Origin: Chromera velia
Taxonomy: Eukaryota
NCBI GenBank assembly: GCA_018398765.1
Contig: JAHBMJ010000245.1
Coordinates: forward strand, 62,001 to 126,000
Length of the DNA: 64,000 nucleotides
Direction of reading: 5' to 3'
The notes under the pieces were generated by a model. It worked only from the letters and a program-made list of their open reading frames with translations. It did not search any database and had not been told where the DNA came from. Of the stretch, positions 45,601-55,747 are shown piece by piece. Positions within the stretch are counted from its first letter, which is position 1. Every line of letters begins with the position of its first letter. The position numbers were made by a program, and so were the translations under genes.

Positions 45601-48304
45601 GCAGTGGAGGGATTCACGAGAAAGGATTTTTTCCCAGGACAAGAAGAAAAAAGCCGCTAAGATAAATGATGGAAGAAGTGAGAGCTGTGGAACAATGAGG
45701 GACTGCTTTTGTCTAGAGACTTCAAAATCAGCAAAGGGAAACAGTCAGAAGGACATGTGTCAGAAGACCTTTGAAGCAGTCACATAGAGACTCTTACGCA
45801 GTTATGCAGTGACAGAGAGCCACAAAATCAAGGGAACCACACCTAGGAGTGAGCAAAAACAAAAACCTTGCGTGTAGACGGACCGTCAGAGGTTGGGAAG
45901 TCGTGAAGGACAGATTGTCGGGGTTGCAGCTCCAACTGATTTGGACGTCTGTGCCTGTTGCAGGAGCGTCTGAGAGGGAGACCTTGAATGCCGAAGAGTC
46001 CCCTTCTATGATCCTCTGGTTCTCCCTATACAGGAACACGTGGGCCTGCGCGTCTGACACAACCCCCACCTTGACAGTACCCGATGCGGGCACCATCCGG
46101 AATCCCGTTGTGGTCTTTCCGGAGTCAAAGTCCATCACGTGCGTGATCGTCTTCTCGGAACTCGCAACCCCCTCGGACGCTGCGACGGTAACTGTTTGGG
46201 AGAGCCCGGAGTCTGTTGGGAGGAACTCGAGAACCCCTGAGTCGGGAGAGGTGATCTGAATGCCTGTGTCCGAGGCACTCACCCCTATTTTCAGACTCGC
46301 AGTCGGAAGCTTTGAGAGCGTTACTGTATACGTGACTGTACTGCCAGGGGTGACGGACACAGCGTTGTCAGAGAAGGTAATGATCCCGTCTAGCTCTGGT
46401 TGCTGGACAAAGAGGACCGGGAGAATTCCTGAAGGACCCTCGGCGGGGTAGGTGAAGTAAGGCATGGGTGTCTGGAATCGGGCATCCACGGAGGCAGTCA
46501 CAGAGTGGGCAATCAGGCCTTTGAAGGCGGCCGGAGTTCCCACATATTCATTTGCAGTTCCGGCAGTGACTGTGAAGGTGGCGGCGGTCGTGTCAGTCAA
46601 GGTTCGGCTGGTCGGGGAGACGGAGAGGAAAGAAGCCCCCGCAACGACAGTCGGAGTGACGACTACATTGCCTGAAGTCGGGTTTTCTGAAAGCTGCACA
46701 GAGTAAGTCGCAGAGCCGCCCTCGGTGGCAACAATGGCTGCTGCGTTGTTGGACGCGTCTTGAATGATGATGCCAACAGTGGGATCAACCTCCGTGTTGA
46801 ATGCACGGGAGGTGACTGCCGTGAAGCCTGTGCATCCAGATGTGCAGTCAAGACTCAAAGCAACAGACTTCTGGACAGAGCGAACAGAGAGACCTGTCCA
46901 GGTGGCGATTCCACTGGCGTCTGTGGTCTGACTCAGGGAAGAAGTGGGGACGAGGGGGGTTGAACCCTGGGCGTTGCCTCCAAGAGACAATGTCATCGTT
47001 CGGCCCGACTGTGCCACCGCATTTCCGTTCGTGTCAACAAGTTGAGCGGTGACACCGAACGTCTCACCTGCATACAGAGTCTCTCGAGCGCTTTCGACAA
47101 GAAACCCACCAGTGAAGGCAGCTGTCGTCTCGGCAGCTGCCGCTACATTGACTGCCCCCGACACCACAACGTCGCCTACCCGAGACATGACGGGTGCACT
47201 GGAGGACCCACTGGTGTCTTGACTCTTCAGGGCCACAGCCTCAAGACGGTAACCGTCTCCTGAGTGCGTCAGAGACAACCCGGAAAAAGTTGCCAAGCCG
47301 CTGCTCACTGCAGCTGTCGACGTGAGACTGCTACTGAGGGACCGAAGCGCCCTCTGAGACCGCGCTTTCGTCCAGCAAATGTCTCCGGAGTTTTCAATCA
47401 CCCGAAGGACCACCACTCCTGAGAAACTGGTGTCCCTGTTTCCCTGACCGTCCTGCAGTTCCACTACGACGTCTGCAAACGCAGTGCCTGCAGTCGCCGT
47501 TCCTCCCGCAGGTGTCGGCTGATAGGAAGCCGTTGTGGCGCTGTCTGTGTTGACTGTGAAGCTTGAGGAGAGGACTGACGCCATTGTCGTGTTGTCACTA
47601 ATGATTCTCATCTGATAGGTGCCTGCAGTCTTCACATAGGCTGCAGTGCCTGGATAGTTCAGTCGGTTGGATTGGGTGGAAGTGGCCTCCGGAAGGGCAG
47701 TGGTCGTGGTTGTGCCTGTGTTGTAGAGGAAAAACCGAATTGTGGAAGAGCCGCCCTCGACAGGCATGCTGGCGGAATCGATTTCATTGGCATATGGGAG
47801 GGGGCCTCCGTCGGGTGTCCCCAAGATTTTCCCTGCAGTGGATGTGCCGGGGGACTGCACGAATTGGATCACGTCCGGATTGGAAGTTCTGGTCGACACC
47901 GTGAAGCTGTTACTCTGTATGAAGTAGGTCTTTTGGTAGTCTGTTGAAGGTTGTGAAGCGAAAATTTGGAAGGCCCAGAGCGTGTATGTCCCCGGGGCAT
48001 CGATCCGGAGGTTTGAGAATGTGGCAGAGCTTGAGGTTGTCTGCACTGCAGTGGTGCCATATAGCACTGCGCGTGTAGAAGATCCTTTGTCAAGGACGAC
48101 ATAGATGGTTGGCTCGTTCGAAAGTGTGGCTGTGGTGCCTGCTGGAGAGTCCTGCACCTCTACTGTAAAGGAGGGCAGCGTGCTGTATTGTTCCACATTA
48201 GAGGGCTGGGTTGTAAATGCCAATTGAAACTCTGCACGCGCCACTCCCCAAAGCATAAGAAGGGAGAGCGCCACGGCGAAAACAGACGCTCCCTGACCCC
48301 TCAT
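20240..48304 (-). CDS. Giant type I membrane protein (~5,871 aa): signal peptide, Ig/Calx-beta-like modules, GCC2/GCC3 (ephrin-receptor-like) Cys repeats, single TM, long coiled-coil tail. 28 exons: 48304-45884, 45598-45424, 45028-44077, 43713-42748, 42198-41981, 41693-41593, 41326-41267, 40869-39983, 39622-37564, 37285-36837, 36496-36447, 36083-34766, 32812-32533, 32306-32093, 31751-30745, 30514-30320, 29982-29258, 28795-28696, 28525-28305, 28014-27672, 27458-26986, 26719-24685, 24251-23739, 23430-23308, 22900-22648, 22299-21797, 21424-20852, 20641-20240
   Basis: All 27 introns are GT-AG with consistent phases, summing to 17,616 nt. Signal peptide MRGQGASVFAVALSLLMLWGVARA; dozens of C..CPAGxYC repeats; TM WLVLALVIVAVIVVSAVILWY (~29266-29328); E/K/R/Q/A-rich helical tail. 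A few boundaries (e.g. the 37564 donor) have alternatives. Confidence 0.85.
32910..34600. repeat. ~1.7-kb compound microsatellite (TTTC)n/(TCTG)n/(TTCC)n in intron 12 of the giant gene
   Basis: Essentially no A on the + strand; internal higher-order block duplication around 33280-33770; explains the spurious 500-620 aa ORFs. Confidence 0.95.
42492..42715. repeat. (GAAA)n/(GA)n/(GGAA)n microsatellite in intron 4 of the giant gene
   Basis: Directly visible. Confidence 0.9.
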
Positions 48305-48916
48305 AGTGCGAGACAGAGACCGATTTGGTATCTTCAGAGTCAGAAAATGGAACAACAGAAGACAATTAAATTAATCGACATGTGTTGCACGAGACATTCG
48401 AGTTCTCATACTGCCAAGCACTTTCTCGCGACTGAAAGAGAAGGCAAAAGCTGCAGGCCTCTCCCGAATCAAAGAACAGTCCCTGCTTTGGTATGATTGG
48501 AACATTTCGAACTAATTCATTTCCTCTGTTATCAATAATTTTTTGACAAACTGTCAAGCACATGCACTCAATCGATACGCCAAAGCAAACTTTCGCGCAA
48601 ATTTGTGCGCGTTTAGGAGAAGCAAATAAGCCTTTCAAATTTTGGCACAATCGCGCGTAGACGGTCGGCAGTCAAATTTGGAGCGCAGTTGCACGTGTCT
48701 GATCTCTTCTCCAGCCTGTCAGAGAATGTCAGAGATATATGTAGTTGTGCAGCCGCCACACCGAAGCTCAGCATCATCTGAAATGAAAGGAAACAAAGGA
48801 GTCTTCAGGTCACTGTGTCGCCACTCGATTGTCTTCTGTACATGCGATTCATGATGGTGCGAACTGGGTACGGCGTCTCTGCATGCATGCTATCTCCTTT
48901 TGAAACCTGAAAGCGC
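48305..48916. promoter_or_regulatory. Putative bidirectional promoter between the giant gene and the HIT-like gene
   Basis: Divergent start codons 612 bp apart; CGCG-rich centre (48590-48690) and TGCATGCATGC at ~48880. Confidence 0.5.
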
Positions 48917-49339
48917 ATGCCTGTTCCCTTGATCACCTATACGAAGGTCATGGCGGAAGACCAAAAGATTCAGACTTCCAGAACCAGCAGGGGTGTACAG
49001 GAATGTGAATTGTGTGTATTGGAGAAACGGACCACCTGGTATGTCGACTGTGAAGACTTTGTCATTTTGGAGTGTGACCAGTGTCAGAACCCGATTGCAG
49101 TCCTGCGGGCTCACGGTCCCTCCGTCAGTCGAGAGACTGAGGAAGCCATGGAACAGGCACTGCGAGAAGTTGCCGACCGCGTGGTGGGTACAGGAGAGTA
49201 CTACATCGACAAGAAGCAGAGGTCCATATTCGACCATATCCACTGGCACGCAAGGGATCACACGCCCATCTCCCGTCTCCTGGAGAGTAACAAATTCCCG
49301 CACCTCCTCGGAGAAATCAGGGAGCGCTCTAGGATCTGA
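48917..49339 (+). CDS. Small HIT-like (histidine triad) protein with two CxxC motifs, 140 aa (129 aa if ATG 48950), intronless
   Basis: CELC ... CDQC ... H ... QRSIFDHIHWHAR (HxHxH); globular composition. Confidence 0.75.
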   Translation: MPVPLITYTKVMAEDQKIQTSRTSRGVQECELCVLEKRTTWYVDCEDFVILECDQCQNPIAVLRAHGPSVSRETEEAMEQALREVADRVVGTGEYYIDKKQRSIFDHIHWHARDHTPISRLLESNKFPHLLGEIRERSRI

Positions 49340-51435
49340 AGGGCATTCTGGGGACAAACGACTTCCTTCTTTAGCAGCCTTGGGAGGCAACAACAACCCA
49401 GGGCACAGCAGCCCCCCAACTTCTTTTGCTGGATTTCGCAATCCGTTCGTACACGAAGCTTTCAGTATTGGTTTCACGAGTACATAATTCATATACATAT
49501 CCCTTCGGCAGCCCGTTGGTTTCAGAAAATATTAATAAATAAAAAAGGGAATAGGCAGAGTCATGAAGGAATCGACAGAAGAAAGAGGGAGGAGCCCATG
49601 CAGGCACTCACCGAGTCTTGCTCGACACATTGAACTGTCTGAAACTTTTGAAATCTGGATTCTGAAGAAACTCTGCTTGGATGTCTTTCTTCCAGTCAAT
49701 CAACGCATGGAAGAGATTTTGTTACTAGCCAGTGTATCTCGCCATATTGGTGGTTTTGTTGTTCTTCTCCTATTTCTCTCCCCCAAAACCCCCTCCCGCG
49801 GCCTCCTTTCCTGTCACTCAACCCGGCTGTTTTTTTTCTCTTCCGGCACCGCTTCAAAGTGGTCTTTTCTCTTATCTTTCTGTCGTATTTGCATGCATCC
49901 GCTTGTCCGTCTCTTTTTAAACTCCAGTATTTGCGCTTCTTCTGAGTTTTCTCTGTGCCCGTCATAGTGTATGCACGTTCATTTGTATGAACTGAAAGTT
50001 GGTGCTTTCATACTTGTATCGATCATACTTGTTCAAGTTAGTTTCTGTGATTTTGCATCTGTCTTCGTCTGGCCTCGCATGTCTTTGCATACCGAGTCTT
50101 TGACCTTTCTTTCAGAGTTTACATCGCTGTGCCTGAGACCTCAAGTCCCCAAGTTCTTTGCGTATCCCACTGTCGGTAACCTATAGGTCCAAGTCAAACG
50201 ACTGTAACCGTCATGTAACCGTCTGTTAGTACCAATCATCATCATGTTTAGTGACACGTTATGAAATCAATGCAAAAAATATACATGAATAAAAGGTTTT
50301 CTATATACTGCATGCATATTACTAGGCGTATTTAACGCCGTATTATTATTTGCGTGACTTGTGACTCCAAGTCTAGCTCCGAGTCTAGTCAGTGACTATA
50401 AGTCCAGTCATGACTCAAGAGTCTAGTCATGAGTTACCTAACTTAGCTTGCGTACGCGTGTCCTCAGGCTTTTATATCCAAATTTGATTTAATTCAATTT
50501 TAATTAAATTTCAATTCAATTTCTGTAATTAAAATTCACATGCGCGATGGGGTATGAAACCGTATAATGATGCTCTGGAGCCTCTGCGGGGACTTAATTC
50601 CATGATGTTATATGCCAAGTAAAAGAAATATAGTTAAGAACATTTACACATATATTTGATACATATAATTAATTTTAGATGATACTAGAAATGATATTCA
50701 CACACTTATGATATTAATATATTACTTTAGCTTTAAGTAAAACTTTAGTCTTCATTGACTCTTCAGTCTCTAGACTTTGGTATTACTTCCTATATAAAGA
50801 TACGGGCAAAGTAGGGCAAACAAAATGCACGCTAGTGTGCAAGACCTAGAAATGCTCGAGACATGTTAACAAAATTTATTTCTTGTGTGTTCGAATACTT
50901 GTAGGCCGTTTCAGCTATCATAACACGTTCTAAGACACGTTTCTCCACGGATCCGGAGTCGATCTTTTGTAATCTTCTGTGGTAAAATCTTAATTGAACT
51001 CAACCTCAGACTGGCCTGCAGTCTCAGCCACTCGATTGAATTCCCAATTTAACAATCCTCGGTAGGATATTGATTCAGGTACGGAGAAAAATTTGCGTCA
51101 TCTTCCAGTCCGCTTCAAGTGGAGTAGTGGACTACATTCCATTAAGTACTTTCTGCCTGCCCAAAGAAGAAAAGAGCCTGAGGCAAGGGCAGAGCATGCA
51201 CACAATCAGAACAGACGTGCATTTTGTTTTCATGGAATCAAAACTTGCAGGAAGAATCGAGCAGCACCAGCATTCAATTTGGCACGAAGAGCAATGATCG
51301 AGAGCCAATGACATGAAGATGAAACGAAAATAAAGGAAAAAGCGGGGAAGAGGAGAGGAAAGAAGAACATCGGCATATAACAAAAAACTCAGGCATCCAA
51401 AAATCGCAAAACTGCTTCATCAAGCCCCCCTTTCC

Positions 51436-53694
51436 TCAGGCAAGGACCAACGAAAAGCAGTTTAGCTCGGCCACTCCTTGTCGGAGTTGCTTTCGCCCAC
51501 TCCCCGAGAGACCGTCAAGAGCCGCCTTGTGCAGTTCAAAATCCAAAGGAACGCCTCGTTCCTCAACCTTTCCCCCTATTTTCAAAATCACGTCAACCAG
51601 ATCATTAGTGATAATTCTCATACAGACGACGAAGGACACCCTTACAAGAGACAACATACCGCCCTCTTGCATGGACTTAGAGAGTGCTTTCACGGTGTCC
51701 GATGTAACTTGTGTCTCTGCAAAAATGAGCGTTTTCAGACCTTTCATACCCCCCAGTGCCTCCATCAACATCACTGCCCCCTTGTCCGTCAAGCCGGTTC
51801 CCGACAGGTCGACGTGCTGCACTGCACCCCCTCTGCCCTCACCTTCCACATTCCCAATTGCCTTCTGCTCTCCCTTCTGTATGGAGAGGAAGTGTCTGAA
51901 CAGACCGCAAAGACTTGCCGCGTCTTCGTCTGAGAACTGTGCGCGACCCGCGAAGGAGACGCGAAGCATGCTGCGAGCACTGCGGGAGATGAACTGCTTA
52001 TACAGAGACTTCACAGTCGCTGCGTCTGCCCCTTCTTTGAATTTCTTTTTCTTTAAAAAAGAGTTGAACTGCTCCGGAGAGAAGGCGACCTGCACGGGCT
52101 GCTGACTCAGGGAGAGAGCAGCCGAGTGACTTTCGTCGTTTGTCTCACATTCATTTTGCGGAGTGGGCAACCTGGTGGGCAACTCGCAAATCAAACGGCT
52201 AGGCTTGAAACATGTCACGCAGGTCTCGAGGGTAGGCCACCCCCTTTCTCCGTATGGGAGCGGATTGGGAGACTTTGGAGGGACTCCTGTGGACCGGAAG
52301 ACGCGTGTGTGGGGACTGCTGTAGAGGAGGTCCATTTGTTGGAGGGCTTGTTGGAAGGAGGAGTACTGCTCCCCGTCTCGGGGCCACTGGTAAAGGGACA
52401 TGAAGTCCCAAAAGACGAACACTCGCTCTGCATTCTCCCCCTCTGCCCACCACTGAAGATTTAGGGCCTCTACTAGGAGGCGCAGGTGGAACATCTCGGG
52501 ATCGGGGTGAGTCTGGGAGAGCCAGCTGAAGGATAGGCAGACTACGGTGAATCCACCTATCTGAGGAAAGCCGGTCTTTGCACTCTCTGCTGCGGCCTGC
52601 AGAGTATTCTGTGCGGCTGCCTCTTCCATTCCGAGCTCTTTCAGCACCCCCAGCACATCTTGCCGTCGGGGAACCGGGCGTCCCTTCTGAAGAAGAAGGC
52701 GGAGGACTGGCAAGGGCCAGAGAGCAATGGCGCCTTGGACAATGAGCTCTTGGATCAGCTTCCATGATTCTGTCTGTGCTGCCATCCAATCAACGGAGGG
52801 CTCATCAAGAAGAGAGGGAGTCATGCCTGCAAGCAAATCCCGAATCTTCAGATGCCGCATGGAGGCTGCCATCTTGACTGCTGTGCTGCCGTCTGGAGCG
52901 GTGATGGCGGGGTCTGCACCGTGCTGCAGGAGCATGATGACCACATCCAGATACCCGTTCTGAGCTGCATACATGAGGGCAGTACAACCCATGATGTTTT
53001 TCTCATCCATCTGTGCCTTCTCTCGGACGAGAAGGCTGATCACCTCCGGGTGGCCATCGTGTGCAGCCAGCATCAGAGAATTGTACCCTCCCCAGGTTTT
53101 CACATTCACCCCTGCCTTCTCTCTCAACAACACGGCCATTACATCGGCGTGCCCCTTGCTAGAGGCCATCATCAGAGCTGTGAAGCCACCGTTATTTTTC
53201 CGATGGACATCCGCTCTGTGTCTCACTAACAGACACACCACATCAGTGTGTCCGTTCTGAGCTGCCAACATCAGGGAGGTGCTTCCATCTTTTCTTTTCT
53301 GGTTGACATCAACTTTCTCTCGCAGCAGCAGAGCTACCACTTCTGGGTGTCCGTGTTGGGCTGCCATGATGAGAGCGGTGGTGCCACCCTTGGTGAGGCC
53401 CAGCTTTGCCTTCTTTTGTAGCAGAAATTCCACAACCACACAGTGCCCCTTCTCTGCAGCGAGCATCAGGGCCGTGAACCCGCCTCCTGCAAGTAGAAAA
53501 GCGGGAGGGATGAGCGGAGAGAAATGGATGCACAGTCATACCACGGGAAAACGTGTGGCAAAAGCCACTACGGAGGAGGAAATGTAGATCCCTTGATGTG
53601 CCATACAATCGGACAGACCGAGAGACAGATAGATGGACACATAAACGCAAAGAGAAACAGACAGACAGGTAGATACACAGACAGAGAGACAGAC

Positions 53695-53731
<37 letters not shown>

Positions 53732-54527
53732 CAGACAGGCAGACAGACAGACAGACAGACACTCAGACACTCAGACACTCAGACAGACAGAGACACAGAC
53801 ACAGACACACAGACACACACACAGACACACAGACACACAGACACAGAGACAGACACAGAGACAGACACAGACACAGAGACAGACACAGAGACAGACACAG
53901 AGACAGACACAGAGACAGACACAGAGACAGACACAGAGACAGACACAGAGACACACAGACACACAGACACACAGACACACAGACGCACAGACGCACAGAC
54001 ACACAGACACACAGACACAGACACATACACAGACACAGACACACACAGAGACAGAGACATAGACAGACACAGACACAGACACACAGTCGTCAGACAAGAG
54101 GTCAACACATATGCTGGAAGAAAGCACAGAGCGGTATGGCTGCGCAAGAAACAAAAGCAAAAAAGCGGGGGCGGCAGAAAGGCAGGGAGAGGTAAAGGGG
54201 GGGAAAGAAAGGAAGAGACCAGATGAAGAAAAGGAAAAAGGCACCAGTACAATGGAAATTGAAGAGTCAAAGAAGGAAATTCGAAGGAGACGAAGAAAGA
54301 AAGGAAGGAACAAGAGATGGACGCTGGAGCCGGGAAGGGAGGAAGGAGGAAGTGTAGAAATAAAAGGGGGACAGAAAAAAAGAACCAAAACCCTGTCAAA
54401 GAAAAGAGCTGTCTGAAAAAACAAAACAGAGGACAGACCATCTCGAGCATTGAGAATTCCGGGACACTGCTGCAGTGCTTTCTTCAGTTCTCCAACCGCA
54501 CTTCTCTCGACGGCCTCAAACCATTCT
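51436..54527 (-). CDS. Ankyrin-repeat + HET/TIR-like + LRR protein; exons 54527-54439 and 53486-51436; 5'-most exon(s) unresolved (probably within 54570-55150)
   Basis: About 6-7 ankyrin repeats (G.TALM.AA..GH.EVV..LL). Central domain PRRQD...[13 protein letters not shown]...[12 protein letters not shown]...ALQQMDLLY...[12 protein letters not shown]-like LRRs ([20 protein letters not shown]). Upstream exon [29 protein letters not shown] joins in phase 1. Confidence 0.85.
53655..54085. repeat. (ACAG)n/(ACACAG)n/(ACACAGAGACAG)n compound repeat in the ankyrin-gene intron
   Basis: Directly visible. Confidence 0.9.
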
Positions 54528-55747
54528 CTGAAAGCAAATACACCGACACAGGGGAAGGTGCGTTGTGAAAACTACGGAGACTCTTCGAAAGGAAGCCTGA
54601 AACTGAAAAGGAGTGTCAATGGGCCGGAGCTTACTAAACCTTTCTACCGCTAAATGAAGAGAAAAAAGTAGAAGGTGAAGACTTGTCCTTTATGGACTTG
54701 CATACCCCGCACGCAGGCAAGTCTACGCAGTCATGCAGCTGAGGCAGACGTGAATCTGCATGAATTGGCTCTAGCAATACATATTTGACGATGTCCTGCT
54801 TCGCTGCGTTTGCGTGCACCAAAAAGAAGTCGGATACTGGCGACTTCTTGAACTGCATGGATGTGCCTTACCGTTTTGGCTTGGACCCACTACATCCCAT
54901 CCTTCAAAATTTCCTTCTTGTACAGAAGGACACACGGGGACCAATCGAGTGCAGAGGAGAGAGTTCGGGCTGAAAGAGACCCTGCCGAAGCAGATTACGT
55001 GCACACAGAAGGAGAGCAAAGAAGACTTCAAAGCAACATCTGGGTACAAGAGACAAAGAGCTCTGCGGTGAGAAAGCGGCCAATCTAGTGTCACTTTGAA
55101 CCTCTCTCTACCAGTATGCAAGTGTGCCTTGAAGAAGCCTGCATGGGACGCATTCAAGAATCAGGATTCCGTTTTTGGTTAATTTTCTGGACGTACGTCT
55201 GGAAAATAACGAAGGTCAGACACTTTTCCTTGCATAATTCAATGCAAGGCAAGGGCCGGGAATTAAGTGCCTCGCGGCTTTCCGGGACCGCGCGCGTGAA
55301 ACCAATTTTCGCTTTCCGGGCCATTCGCATGCAAGGCCCCCGATCGATCAGTCTGATCCTCTTTTCGATCGATCTGCTTGCAGTGGCGTACAGAAACTTG
55401 GGTCTGGATGCCAGACATCACGTACGTCGTCCGATCTACTGCTTTAGTCGTCGACACTCGAAGAGCATAGCATTGTGACTACACTCTGAGCTTCATCGCA
55501 GGTCTACCCAGAAGGAGCGTTTCCGCAACTTGCGGGCGTGGAATCTGTTTTTGTCTCCTTTGGCGCTTTCCACTTTTTTGTCTTTGACAGGTACCGTTTG
55601 TTGCCACTGCCACTTGTTACTCCGGACTGCCTCAAATTTTCTCGTCTATTTATTAGCCTTTGGGCTTGTGCTGACCCCGTGGCGGTAGGCTGGTGCTTTA
55701 TCTTTCCTTCCTGACGGCCGTCTTTCTTCCGAAGGAAAGCAGAAAAG

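Noticed and set aside
48890..49498. 202-aa minus-strand ORF
   Set aside because: Antisense shadow of the HIT-like gene, whose motifs are on the + strand.
53524..54450. ORFs of ~217-223 aa rich in DRH/VCL
   Set aside because: Microsatellite translations within the ankyrin-gene intron.
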